From the NCBI RefSeq assembly GCF_963921235.1, contig NC_086097.1:214336001-214400000 (forward strand): a stretch of DNA of 64,000 bases, written 5' to 3'. Each line of letters opens with the position of its first letter. Position 1 is the first letter of the stretch. Positions 50,419-63,859 of the stretch are shown here, in pieces. This stretch comes from Mobula hypostoma. Lineage: Eukaryota. The notes below the pieces were generated by a model that did no database searches, was not told the origin of the DNA, and worked only from the letters and a program-made list of their open reading frames with translations. Both the position numbers and the translations under genes were made by a program.

Positions 50419-52414
50419 AGGGCACAAAAAGCATTATTTTAAAACAATTTATTTTTGGCCTTTCTTTTCCTGTAATGAAATGAATGCATTCATTCATTGT
50501 GGACCAGGGGTTATATGTATGGATGGTTCAATTCTACATTGGCACAACAAGCTTCATGTTATTCTGCTTAAAGGGCATCCTGATATGAGCCCAATCTTCT
50601 AGATTGTGAAGAACAAATAAACTTGCAAATTAGGTAAAATAAAAAAAAACTCCCCATGGATTTTGGATTGAGAAACAGACTGGCAAGAAGCCAGTTTATT
50701 CTTATAACCAGTCAGCGCTGCTTCACAACGATTCTAACAATGGGGATATCAGCACAATACAGGGGCTGGACAAAGCAACAGCAGTAATGACCAGTTAATG
50801 ATGTCTACTGCTTACTTACCAACAAGGACTGACTATATTGTTGGTTTATGGCTTTAAAGTTTGTCTGTTCAATGTGCCGATGTCTGTCTGGCAGACATTG
50901 TGTATAGAATTTTTACGTATGAATTGAAAGGTCAGATTAAGAAATGATTACTTTGCTGCCCATTGTCATTCTATTACATATCACGAGAAAAAGAAGTTCA
51001 TATATCAGTGACATGATAGTTTTGGAATTGATTGCATGTTGTAAATTTAGATATTGATTAAACACTCCTTATACATTATTTAATTCTTGTTTTCTGATAT
51101 TTATTCATCACCTATTAAAATGGGGTTACATACTACAGAGCAAATGAAATGCATTACTAACAAAGGTTAAGAACTCGTTCTTATTGCTGAACAAAGGCTG
51201 GAGTATTGTGCTTCTTACTATGAGCTAATCATGCCTTGTTCTCATTGTTAAAATAACGATATGTGGTGGCGGTGGATGAGATGTAAACAAACGTTATTTC
51301 TCCTCCCTAACAGCTGGTGAATTTGAATGAAGTCCATGGCTACAGAAAGTAATTATTTCTATGCGATGAACATTTGAGTGTAAGTGGTGCCCTCTTTTGG
51401 CCCTTTTTCTTTCGGAGTCGGTAAAGGCTGAAAATCTGCTTCTGGACCCATTCAAACCTTTCAAAGGCAAGCATAATCAAAGGGAGCTAATATTTAGGAA
51501 GAATTAAACAAGGGAGTGTCCCAAGCTGGTGCCCCTTAGCCTGGAATCATTGTGGATCATATTGTCCAGATGGGTATTTTCCCGAGGGGAGACTCTTTCT
51601 TTCACATAATGCATCAAGTGCAGGCTTTAAGCGCTTGTCTCTTATAAGGCTCAAGTCATATTGTAGCCGTGTGAGAGACCATTTATAATATCATAAGAAG
51701 GACTCTACACTTATGAAAAACAGAATCTACTTTGCATCTTTATTAATGCCGTTACGAAAGCCTCCCTTATTTCCTTTGTCACTGCACTAAATGCCTTCTT
51801 GCACCCCAAGCAGCCAGGTGCAGATTGGGATAATCTGAATGCAGCTGACTCTCCAGTCCTCTCCGCACTAGATGTTTTAATGATTTGGTATCCATGCGTG
51901 AGGCAAGTATCATTAAAATTATTAACCAAAAGCATGAAATCTATCAGTTTTACAGTTCATGAAATATTTTCTTGACATATGAGCATTTAAAAATTATCCC
52001 CTTGTAAAACATTTTTCAATCCTAGTATTTTCAACCCAGTAAATAACTGTCCATATAGTTTACAGGAATGATGTTTTACATAAATGGAAATGCTCTGGAT
52101 CTATGTAGATCAGTCATGATCATATTGAATGACAAGTCATGCTCCTATTTTCCTGTGTAAGAGTTTAGGATATGTAAGAACATAAGCATGAAGCATGAAG
52201 AGATTGAGTCTGAGAAGGAAAACGGATCAGCCATGATGAGATGGTGGAGCAGACTCGATGGGTCAAATGGCCTAATTCTGTTCCTGTATCTGATGGAATT
52301 AAGAACAGGATTAGGCCGTCTAGGCCTTTGAGCCTGCACCTCCATTCATCACCTCAGGGCTGATCTTGTACCTCAGTGACATTTTTCTTACTCTATCCCC
52401 ATATTATACACTAC

Positions 52415-52690
52415 CCCATGGTAGCGTAGAAGCAATAGGATCGCGCTAACAGGTCGGGGTAGTTTGGAGTTCAATTTCGGTGCCATTCATAAAGAGCTTG
52501 TATGTTCTCCCCATGAACCGAGTGGGTTTCCTCTGGGTGCTCCCACAGTCTAAAGACCTACCAGTTTGTAGGTGAATTGGTCATTAGGAATTGTCCTGTG
52601 TGTTGGCTAGGGTTAATAGACGGGCTGCTGGATGGTGCATCTCGTTAGGTTGGAAGGGCCTGTTCCTTGCTATATCGATAAAGAAAATAA
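52415..52690 (+). mobile_element. tRNA-derived V-SINE-like element
   Basis: TGGTAGCGTAG, GGAGTTCAATTTC, GTGGGTTTCCTCTGGGTGCTCC, CCACAGTCTAAAGAC. Confidence 0.7.
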
Positions 52691-55147
52691 ACATTTAAAA
52701 AATCCCTTAATATTGACTGCTGAATGAACACATCAATGACAAATTTCTGTTCTCTCCAGCATCCCAAATAAAAGATCTAAGCATCATTGTGCAGACATTA
52801 ATAAATGCTGAGCCTATATGCTAGAAGTATTATTTTATCTGTCTGAGTACAATGTGAAATTACAATTTATTGATCTTTATTGATACAAATTAAATTCTGT
52901 CAAACCTATATGTATATCTTCAGACTAAGCTAAATGTAGAGAATGCATTTCCTTTTGCATTATGAAAAAGCAGTGAGGACTAGCTGACTGTGTAGATTTT
53001 GCAGTATACCATCTCCTGACATATCCATTTGTGCTGTTTGTACGGAATAAGAGTTCCAAGATGGGATGTACACTGTATGAGTCAATTTTCTGAGAGAGAA
53101 AACTCTAGTATATCTCAAAATGTTTGTAAAATATAAACATTTTTCTTGTTGAACAATTTATAATTTTATTCATGCAGACCACATGGAAACCACACTTGTG
53201 TGGACCGAATAATTTTCACAGCCAGGCATCAGTTTAATTTGATCAAGTGTTACACTGGTTCTGATGAGCATTCAGTTAAGGGGTGAGGGAGTAATAGGAA
53301 AGAAGGTGGATGGGCAAATCAGACATAGTGTCTGATTGTGAGCTAAGGACTTCCATCAAAAGGTATTTAGAAGGATTGGAGTCAATTGAGGAGCTGCTAC
53401 ATTAATTGAATAGCAGGGACAGAAAGATATATTGTACATAGTGTAGGTAATATTTATGTCCGTCCTGCCTCAGAGTTATCAACAGGTTTAGACGCATCTC
53501 TTCTAAGTGCTATTCTAATTTCTGTAATTGTCATGAATGCCTGAGGATCTTGGTTAAAATATCTTAATAAGCCTCTTTGGCCAAGGACAGTGGTATCCCT
53601 CATGAGGACAATGTAGAATAAAGTGAATTGTGCCTTGAGCAACCAGTGGGCAGAAAATTCTTTTTTATATTATCTTCAGCCCAATGTTCTTGCTTTCTGT
53701 TCAAGGTGAAGCAAACGGGACAGAATCATGTCATTGAAATGTATGAGACACGGGGTTGGATTTCAAACTACAAATATCTTTAAAGACCATTGTCCTAAGG
53801 AAACGTTTGTCATGTTTGGAGTTCTGTTTTCTTTGTGTCAGCACATTATAAAAATATTTGTGCAGAACGTTTCTGTATTATGTTGTAGTTCTTTTTAAAC
53901 TCCACCACTGCCAAGAAAATTCCAGAAAATTAAGCAGTCTTTAAGTAGAGTATTTCAAAGTTAAATTTAAAAAGGAAAAAAAAAATTGGTAAATGCTTGT
54001 TTTGTTTGCATTGACTATAGAACAAATGTAAAAGTTAAACTTTGGAATTCTTCGAAGTCCATATAGGAGTACATTGACCTAATTCATGTAAGCACACTCT
54101 ACACACACCCATACCACACACATCCACTCAAATTCTGACATCTCAATACAAACGCTACCGCAGGCACCCAGTCTCTCAAATAAACTCACACACACAAGAT
54201 AAATATATCATACACGGTATTCAACAGTATTTGTTGGATTAGTGCTCTTCAATTGTTACATGAATTGCAAAATAGCATTGAAGAAATATAATTAGGAAAA
54301 TAAATATTACTGATGTCCAGAGGCGTACATTAATGTGCGGTCAAGTTAAAGGCCATACCATCTATTGTTTGCTCCAGTGCTTTGAATTAAGGTCTCTATA
54401 GGGCGGTCAAAAGTATAAATCTAAGTATTTAATCAGGTACACTATTTCATTTTTTGTCTTACATAGCACATAGACAAAAATTTAAACTTGTGGTTTGATA
54501 AAGGCAAACACTGTCTTAATTGTGTAAAAGTGTGGGCTGGGGACATAGTCATCAGCAAATTATTTAAAGTCAGTGTTATTTTTTGATTTGGAATTGTAGA
54601 AAAACATAAATGTAGACGTCTTTTTCTCTAAAGCCTTATTTATCCAGTTGCATCTTTTAAAAAATTGTATGTTTATCTATATGAATAATTGATTTTAAAC
54701 AAATGATGCACAAATAAAGAAACTAACACACCAAAGTCTAGCCTGAATTCAAACATTATATCAATTTATTCTTTATTCAAATGCATTTTGGTCCTGATTT
54801 TCCTTTCATAAAACCATAAGACACCAGACTTAATGCAATATTTATCATGTTTCATTCCCTTTAATCAAATGCATTCTCACTCATTTTCTGTTCATCCAAT
54901 AATTCTACTTCAGCAGGAGCTTTTTAGATATTTGAAATTTTCAGGAGTATGTTTTTAACACTGATGAAAATATCACATTTTTTAAAAGCCATTGTTAGTG
55001 CAGAGTGACAGGCTGCAGGGTGAATCATATGTAGGGGAAAATATAATTAAGTTAGGACAGTCAGTCTGTCAGAAAAAGAATGAATCATTTTATCCCCAGA
55101 GTTTATCCTCCGCTCAGTTAGATCATGATTGATCAACATCTTAACTC

Positions 55148-55258
55148 TCGGGCTTCCAGCCGGGTACAGATATTGATTATAATCGATACCTGTACCTGGC
55201 TGGAAGCCCAAGTAGAATTTATTTATCATATATGCCGGTAAAGCACAAGATCCTTTGT
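55148..55258. mobile_element. ~110-bp palindromic mini-element made of the Penelope terminus
   Basis: GGGCTTCCAGCCGGGTACAG..CTGTACCTGGCTGGAAGCCC, matching 46315-46425. Flanked by CATCTTAACTC / CATCTCAACTC (10/11 identical). Confidence 0.8.
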
Positions 55259-55404
55259 CATCTCAACTCCTTTTCTGTTTCCTTATCAGAGATGCTCTTT
55301 ATTCTAACCATCCATTCTGCTGTTTAAAACTAACTTGTTTTCTCTTTGTCCTGTTCTGATAAAGGATCTCAGATCTGAAGTTTAACTTTGCTTTTCCTGC
55401 ATAG

Positions 55405-56165
55405 GTAGAAACATGGAAAATCTACAGCACAATACAGGCCCTTCGGCCCACAAAGCTGTGCTGAACATGTCCTTACATTAGAAATTACCTAGGGTTGCCC
55501 ATAGCCCTCTATTTTTCTGAGGTCCATGTACCTATCCAGGAGTCTCTTAAAAGACCCTACTGTATCCACCTCCACTGCCGTTGTTGGCAGCCCATTCCAC
55601 ACACTCACAACTCTCTGGGTAAAACACTTACCCCTGACATCTCCGCTGTACCTGCTCCCCAGCACCTTAAAACTGTGCCCTCTCTTGCTAGCCATTTCAG
55701 CCCTGGGAAAAAGCCTCTGACTATCCACATGATCAATGCCTCTTGTACACCTCTGTCAGGTCACCTCTCATCCTCTGTCGCTCCAAGGAGAAAAGGCCGA
55801 GTTCACTCAATCTATTCACATAAGGCACACTCCCCAAACCAGGCAACATCCTTGTAAATCTCCTCTGCATCCTTTCCATGGTTTCCACATCTTTTCTGTA
55901 GTGAGGCAACCAGAACTGAGCACAGTACTCCAAGTGGGATCTGACCAGGGTCCTATAGCTGCAACATTACCTCTTGGCTCTTAAATTCAATCACACAATT
56001 GATGAAGGCCAGTACACTATATGCCGCCTTAACATAGAGTCAACCTGCGCAGCAGCTTTGAGTGTCCTATGGAATCAGACCCCATGATCACTCTGATCCT
56101 CCACACTGCCAAGAGTCTTACCACTAATACGATATTCTGCCATCATTGACCTACCAAAATGCTTA
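55405..56165 (-). mobile_element. 5'-truncated CR1
   Basis: EYCAQFWLPHYRKD, RMRGDLTEVYK, RGHSFKV, FTQRVVSVWNGLP. Confidence 0.9.
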
Positions 56166-57086
56166 ACCCGCTGAATGTTTGCATTTACTTACTGTTACTC
56201 TATATTCCTTAAAAACCTCAGCTCTCAAAATGTACCAGTCTCCTTCCGGAACACAAGAGATACTTCAGATGCTAGAAATCCAGAATATCACACACAAAAT
56301 GCTGGAGGAACTCAGCAGGTCAAGCAGTCTGATGAAAGGTCGACTCTATCACCTGACCTGCTCTAGCATTTTATGTTTGTTAGTCTCCTTCCAGAAGATT
56401 TTACGTGAACTAGCATTTACTGTCATTTTGGAGGACAACTCTCAGATTTTTATCAACTTTTGAGTGACAAAATTCTCCCTATTTTGTTTCTTAGATTGAA
56501 GATTATGTCTCCATGCCTACTGTAATGATTCCTTTTCTCAGTTACAGACCAAAACCCACTAAATTTAAGAGAATAGAACAACATTATTACAACCTGTCCT
56601 CAACATTTAACTTTTTAAAACTGTTCATCATTCTGCTGAATCATAGTCATGATCTGGCAGAGAAAGGCCTTTGTTTGCCTTTTCATGCGTGAGGTCTGTC
56701 ATTCACATCTGCAAGATATTGTTCCCAGTGGGAGCATGCATTAAACCGACCCTGTTCTCTGATACTGAACCCTTTTACTGAGGGGTATTATGCATAGGAG
56801 AATTCTGAGTCAGTCTTAACATTATAGATTTACTCTATAACATGATGTAGTAAGTATTAGTCTTTTTTGTGTATTAGATGATTTAAAAATATTTCCAAAG
56901 GTTGCTTAGGGAGAAATGTTGTAGATTATTCCAGGCCCCAAAATACGTTCAAAGCATTTTTGATGTGAATACCCTGCTATTACAGTCATCAGACTCTGAA
57001 GCTTCAGTGCAATAATGACCAAATAAGCCTTGCTAATACTTGGTGGGTTGAATATGTGACTGAAGTTCTGGAGTAATTCACCCATT

Positions 57087-57712
57087 ACTTATACTTTATA
57101 CTTTATTGTCGCCAAACAGTTCATACTAGAACGTACAATCATCGCAGCGATACTTGATTCTGCGCTTCCCGCTCCCTGGATTACAAATATTAAATATTTA
57201 AAATATTAAAAATAGTAAAAATTAGTAAATATTAAACATTTAAATTATAAATCATAAATAGAAAAATGGAAAGTAAGGTAGTGCAAAAAAACAGAGAGGC
57301 AGGTCCAGATATTTGGAGAGTACAGCCCGGATCCGGGTCAGGATCTGTTCAGCAGTCTTATCACAGTTGGAAAGAAGCTGTTCTCAAATCTGGCCGTATG
57401 AGTCTTCAAGCTCCTGAGCCTTCTCCCGGAGGGAAGAGGGACAAAATGTGTGTTGGCTGGATGGGTTGTGTCCTTGATTATCCTGACAGCACTGCTCCAA
57501 CAGCGTGCAGTGTAAAGTGAGTCCAAGGATGGAAGATTGGTTTGTGTGATGTGCTGGGCTGTGTTCACGATCTTCTGCAGCTTCTTCCAGTCTTGGACAG
57601 GACAACTTCCATACCAGGTTGTGATGCACCCTAGAAGAACGCTTTCTACGGTGCATCTATAAAAATTACTGAGGGTTTTAGGGGACAGGCCAAATTTCTT
57701 TAGTTTTCTCAT
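57087..57712 (-). mobile_element. Rex1/Babar-like 3' fragment
   Basis: RKLKKFGLSPKTLSNFYRCTVES..LPSGRRLRSLKTHTARFENSFFP; (TACTTTA)n tail on the + strand. Confidence 0.9.
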
Positions 57713-58084
57713 TATACATCAAAATGTTGTCAAGGGGTCCTTTAACATTAAGTAGATCCTCTGCTTAATGTCTCGACTGAAGTACTCAGCCCCAGGTAGT
57801 GCAGTAGCTTTTCACTTCTGCACTGGAGTAGCAGCCTAGAAGTTTCTGGCCTTATTCTGAATCCTTAAAACTTTTTTGCTCACAGCTGAGTGTTGTTAAC
57901 TGACCAGATCTGTAAATATGAAAATCAAAAACTAATAGAAACCTGAAATAAAAGCAGAAAATGCTGGAAATAGCCAGCAGGTCAGTTAACACCTGTGGTA
58001 AAAGATGCAACGTAATATTGCTGTTTATAGTGTAATTGTACACAATCTCAATAAAGAGACCACTCTTTGCCTGCCAGCACCCGA

Positions 58085-58470
58085 ATATCAGAATCAGCTT
58101 TAACATCCCTGACCGTTGTTGTGAAATTTGTTGTTTTGCAGCTGCAGTCAGTGCAATACATAAAAAAACCTAACAAATGACGATAAGAAACTTATATAAA
58201 TAAATAAGTAGTGCAAATAGAAGGCAAACTAGAAATACTGAAGTCGTGTTCATGAGTTGGTTCATTGTCCACTCAGAAATCTGATGGCAGAGGGGAAGAA
58301 GCTGTTCCTAAAATGTTGAGTGTGTGTCTTCAGGCTCCTGTACCTCCTCCCTGATGGTAGCAATGAGAAAAGGATGTGTCCTAGATGATAGGGGTCCTTA
58401 ATGATGGGTGCTGCCTTTTCGAAACATTGGGTTTTGAAAATGTTCTCTGTGCTGGGGAGCACCATGGATG
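58085..58470 (-). mobile_element. Rex1/Babar-like 3' fragment
   Basis: IIKDPYHLGHILFSLLPSGRRYRSLKTHTQHFRNSFFPSAIRFL. Confidence 0.85.
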
Positions 58471-58499
58471 TTTTCAGGATATTGGAGTATATTTCCTTG

Positions 58500-59100
58500 C
58501 ATCACACACAAATTGCAGGAGGAACTCTGCAGATCAGACAGCATCTTTGGAAATGAAGTCGACATATCAGGCTGAGATCCTTCATCAGGACTAGAAAGGA
58601 AGGAGGAAGACACCAGAATAAAAGGTGGGGGGAGGGGAAGAAGGACAAGCTAGAAAGTGATAGGTGAAGTCAGGTAAAAGGCTGGAGAAGAAGGAATCTG
58701 ATAGGCAAGGAGAGTGGTCCATGGGAGAAAGGGAAGAAGGGAATGAGCATCGATTTCTCCTTCCAGTAACCCCTTCTCCTCACCTGCCTTCACCTGCCCC
58801 GGTGCCCCTTATACTTCCCTTTACCCCATGTCCACTCTCCTCTCCTATCAGATTCCTTCTTTTCCAGCCTTTTACCTTTCCCAACCACCTGGCTTCACCT
58901 ATCACCTTCTAGTTCCCCTCCTTCCCCCCCCCCCCACCTTTTTATTGTGACATCTTTCCCCCTTCCTTTCTGGTCCTGAAGAATCAGCTTAGCCTGAGAT
59001 ATTGGCCCTTTAATCCTCTTCATCGATGCTGCCTGAGTTCTTCCAGCATTTTCCGTGTGTGGCTCTGGATTTCAAGCGCCTGCAGAATCTCTTGTGTTTA
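58500..59100. repeat. Inverted pair of Penelope-derived repeats, each arm with a hammerhead-like core
   Basis: Purine-rich left arm (AGGAATCTGATAGG) mirrors a pyrimidine-rich right arm (CCTATCAGATTCCT). Minus-strand core at 58557-58592. Confidence 0.78.
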
Positions 59101-60119
59101 TGAGTGCATTTCATTGATATTTTCAGGATATTTGAATGTTCCTAAAATGAAACACTCAAATACCCTGCATGCCCACATACTTGCCTCTACTGAGGTGGGT
59201 AAGTGGATAATTGTTACCTGTCAATGAATAGCAAGGAAAATATACATGCCTTCTCATGACTTTTAAGCTATGGGCTTAATCATATCGCATGAGGTCCCTT
59301 GGAAACCAGTGTAGTTAAGGCATAAGTAAAGCAGGCTTTGTGCGGGGCAATGGGAATATTAGGCCGACGCACCATTTGAGGAGTTACTTCATGGGCACAG
59401 GTGGACCTGGATAGGCATGGACGATTTTAATTGTGCCTTTGAGATGTTAAAAAATTAGTGCTAACCAACCCTTTATTCATTACAGATAAACAGGCATCCC
59501 AGCTGCTCTGACGCCCACCGGAATTTGTAATTAGAGCCCTGGTCATGTCACTGGCTGTTTGCTTTGTTTTGCAGCTGTGCTTTTCACAGATCAGGGCCTC
59601 CCTACATCTTAAAACTTAACTAGCTGTTTAAAAGTAATGCTGAATTTTCCCTTTAAAACGATAAATTGTGCAGTCAGGAAACAGCTTGCCAGACAGAATC
59701 ACGTTTCCTCTCCTTTACAGGATTTTGAAAGAAAGCTCTTGAAATTTTAATGGAAAATGATTACAATGGTGTGGGGAGGGTGTAGGGGGTAGGAGAGGGG
59801 TTGTGAGTGGTGTCATGGGGGTAGGGTGGATGAGTTGATGTCCAATCATTATTACAACCAACTTGAAAATGTAAAGGTAAAGATACAAATATTAAGACAA
59901 GATTGTACTTTATGACAAGAAAGAGTCTTGGGAATTATCTCTGACCTTCGCAATCTCGATGGAAAACTAGATAATCTGAGAGTAAGGTTTTTTTTTACAG
60001 TGCGCAGTGGTTAGAGGGGCAGGTTCCATTTATTGCAAATGGAGTTTAATGCAGATTCCACTCGTTTGCCTACAGATGTGTTTGACTCACTGAGTTCCTC
60101 AAACAATTAGTTTTTCACC

Positions 60120-60765
60120 AGGGTAATCCCTGGAATGAGAGAATTGTCCTACTAAGAGAGACTAAATATTCTGGATCTGTATTCTCTGGAGTTCAGAAGA
60201 CAGAGGGGTTACCTCATTCTAACACAAGATCTTCAAGTGGCCTGACAGAATGGCCATTGGGATGCTTTTTCTCCTGGGAATGTTGTCAACAAAGATATCT
60301 AACTATGAGATAAGAGGCTGGTCATTTATAACTGAGGTATTTAGAAAGCTCTCCTCCTGGATGGTGGTGAATCTCCAGAATGCCTTGCACTGGTGGGTTC
60401 TGAAAGCTGGATCAGTAGAAGTATTTAAAGTGGAGGTGGATCAATACTTACAAAAAAGAGAAAATGTGCAGATGCTGGAAATCCAAGCAACACACACAAA
60501 GTGCTGGAGGAACTCAACATGCCAGGTTGTATCTATGGAAAAGAGTAAACAGTTGATATTTTGGGCTGAAACCCTTCATCAGGACTTCTATAGATGCTGC
60601 CTGGTCTGCTGAGTTCCTCCAGAATTTTGATAGATTTGAGGAATACAAGGGGCATGGGGAATTGGCTCTGAAGAAGAGTTGAGGTCAACAAAGATTAGCA
60701 TGACCATATTCAATAGTTTGGCAGTCTGATTTCAATCCCTGCTCGGTTATTTCTTGTGTCTTTGT
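60120..60765 (+). mobile_element. Old CR1 3' end with a Penelope-derived hairpin repeat (~60455-60628) inserted
   Basis: Decayed LYSLEFRR and VVNLQNAL motifs. The insert has CTGGAGGAACTC / GAGTTCCTCCAG inverted arms. Confidence 0.65.
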
Positions 60766-60899
60766 GCTATAAACCAGGAAATGCTGGGAATACATTTCCT
60801 GCAGGTCAGAGAGCATTGACGGAGAAAGGATGAGGGAATAAACAAAGTTCACATTCCAGGTCATTGACCTGAAGGACATCAATTTCTCGAACTTCCGTT

Positions 60900-61310
60900 A
60901 ATGCCCCCCACCCCCCGCCCTCTCCTTTACCTGTCCCCTTCCCCTTTTCCCTCTCTCACCCTACTCCTTGGCTGCCCATTGTCTCCCTCAGGTGCTCCTC
61001 CCCCCTTTTCTTTCTTCCATGGCCTTCTGTCCTCCCTTCTCCAGCCCTATATTCTCTTTCACCAATCAACTTCCCTACCCACCCCCTCCCCGGTTTCACC
61101 TATCACCTGGTGTTTCTCTCTCCACTCCCTCACCCCCCCCCACCTTTTAACTCTACTCCTCAGCTTTTTTTTCTCCAGTCCTGCTGAAGGGTCTCGGTTT
61201 GAAATGTCAGCTGTACTTTTTTCCATAGATGCTGCCTGACTTGCTGAGTTCCTCCAGCATTTTGTGGTTATTTGGATTTTCAGTATCTGCAGATTTTCCC
61301 TTGTTTGTGA
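60900..61310 (+). repeat. Penelope-derived repeat with decayed hammerhead core
   Basis: CAGTC-CTGCTGA-AGGGTCTCGGTTT-GAAA-TGTC-AGCTG at 61176-61213. Confidence 0.75.
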
Positions 61311-61844
61311 CCTGAAGGATTAACTGCTTCTGCTCTGGTAATGTTGGCTGACCTGCTGAGTATTTCTAACTTTTACTGATTTCTCTCACAGGGTACTTGT
61401 ATTATAGAAGGCGGGGGCAAGGTTCATATTTCCAGCATCCACAGTACAGTGAATTTGGAGAAAATTTTACTATTACTAATGAGTTGATGGAGCATTTTTC
61501 TGACATTGGGATGTTCCACCAAATTACCTTTGTGCATAAATTAACTTTTGACCAGCTGGAGGGTAGTGGACCGAGCACCATAACGAGTGTGCTCACCTAC
61601 TCCAATCTAATAAGTTGTTGTTGCTCAACAACAGCCTTGACCAGCTATCTATCTCTGATCCATCAAGAACTGAACCTCTATTAATGTTAGAATATCTGAA
61701 AGGAAACAGCTATTCAATTAGATCTTCATGTTTAGATCTTGGTCCCTTATTCTTAACATCTGTCTAAGATCTTGAATTTCAACTGCAGGAGACCTTCCCA
61801 ATACTTTCAACCACTTTTACAATGCTGCTTACATTGTAAATTTT

Positions 61845-62290
61845 GAATTGAATTGATTTTATTACTTACATCCTTCATATACATGATGAGTAAAAATCTT
61901 TATGCAATGTCTCTATCTAAATGTACAATGTGCAATTTATAGTAATTTGTAATAAATAGTATGTACAACAAGACAGTCAATGTAACATAGAAATACAATT
62001 GTATCAGCATGAATTAATCAGTCTGATGGCCTGGTGGAAGAAGCTGGCCTGGAGCCTGTTGGCCCTGGCTTTTATGCTACGGTACCGTTTCCCGGATGGT
62101 AGCAGCTGGAGCAGTTTGTGGTTGGGGTGACTTGGATCCCCAAGGATCCTTCAGGCCCTTTTTACACACCTGTCTTTCTAAATATGCTGACTCATGGGAA
62201 GTTCACATCTACAGATGCACTGGGCTGTCCACACCAGTCTCTGCAGAGTCCTGCGATTGAGGGAAGTGCAGTTCCCGTACCAGCCAGTGC
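61845..62290 (-). mobile_element. Rex1/Babar-like 3' fragment
   Basis: Colinear and highly similar to 49950-50390. Confidence 0.88.
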
Positions 62291-62910
62291 CCCTGTGGTA
62301 TTTATGTATTTTCGCACATACATTCCATTTCATTATTTCTAATTTTATTTTTATATTATTCTTTATTCTTTATAATTGTTGAATATTGTTCTTTATTGCA
62401 TGTTGCGCCAACCCACCCCAGCAAACTCCTGATACTGTACATGTAAATGTATTTGGTGAATCAAGTTGATTTTTGATACCCTAGAGCCAATCAATCTACT
62501 GGTTACCACTGTCCGACTAAAAAAAAAGAACTGGTGTTGGAACAAAACATTCCCTACTATGGCAAAGGCTGGCTGGGCCTTTGGTCTTGGGCAACCCTCA
62601 ACAGTTCGCTGAAGTAAAGAGTTCAAAATGTCCTTGCCCTGTAAAATAAAAGAGCTTTCCAATGTCAGCCCTTAATATCCTTGCTCTTGTTTTGTCATGC
62701 CCCTTGCACTGATCCAGCTGAAGATCAGTATGTTCTTCCTGAGTTAAGAGTGTGGAACCAAATGCTGTGCTCTAGAAAGGTTTCAGACAGGCCTTGGCTC
62801 ACCTGTAATCTTACTCCCACACCATTTTATTCCAACCCTTGGAGATGAAGGCCAAAATTCTATCACACTGTGTTCTGTTTAAGGGTTAAATATTGTTGGA
62901 AAATATTTTT

Positions 62911-63586
62911 GATTACGAGGACACTGAGTCCTCATTTATTGTCATTTAGAAATGCATGCATTGAGAAATGTTACAATGTTCCTCCAGAGTGATATCACAA
63001 AAAAAACAGGACAAACCAAAGACCAACACTGACAAGACCACATAATTATAACATATAGTTACAGCAGTGCAAAGCAATACCATAATTTGATAAAGAGCAG
63101 ACCATGGGCATGGTAAAAAAAAAGGTCTCAAAGTTCCGATCGACTCCTGATATTCCTGATAGCAGGCGGGAAAAGGGAGAAACTCTCCCTGCCATAAACC
63201 TCCAGGCGCTGACAACTGCCAATGCATTGTGAGCACCTGACCACAGCCGACTCTGAGCCTGTCTGTAAACTTCGAGCCTCTGACCAGCCCCTCCGATACA
63301 ACCTCTCTGAGCACCATCCTCTGCCAAGTGCTTCGACTCTGCCCCGGCCGCTGAGCAACAAGCAAAGCCGAAGACTCGGGGCCTTCTCCTCCGGAGATTC
63401 TGGATCACACAAGTAGCAGTGACAGTGAAGAAGGCATTTTCAGAAGTTTCTCCAGATGTTCCTCCATGCTCTCACGTCTGTCTCCATCAAATCAGGATAG
63501 TGCACGGCACCCTACTTGACAAATAACAGATATCATTCACCAGAGTAGCCACTGCATGCTGCGTTGCGTCGCCCATCTTCTCCTCC
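62911..63586 (-). mobile_element. ~680-bp non-autonomous retroelement, copy 2
   Basis: Reverse complement is colinear with 23668-24340 (shared AGCATGGAGGAACATCTGGAGAAACTTCTGAAA). Confidence 0.8.
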
Positions 63587-63859
63587 TTAATATTAGCACA
63601 CGAACAATGCATGATAGAAACACTTAGCAGGCCAGGCAGCACCTATGGAAAGATATGAGCAAAGCTAATTGTTTAGAGTCAATGACCCTTGGTCAGGACT
63701 GCTTTCTTTAATAATTAATGTGTAAGTTGACCAATAAGTTTAATAGATTGTGTAATGTATCAAACCTTGTGAATCAAGAACATGGTTGGATCTGATTTGT
63801 TATGCTCTTTGTGCAAAACATATTTCACCCTAAGGTTTGCTGCCATTTATAAGAATGGC

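Noticed and set aside
51314..51379. Candidate NKAIN exon 2 after a strong acceptor
   Set aside because: Reads LVNLNEVHGYRK-stop, not the expected LERQ.FDFLG sequence.
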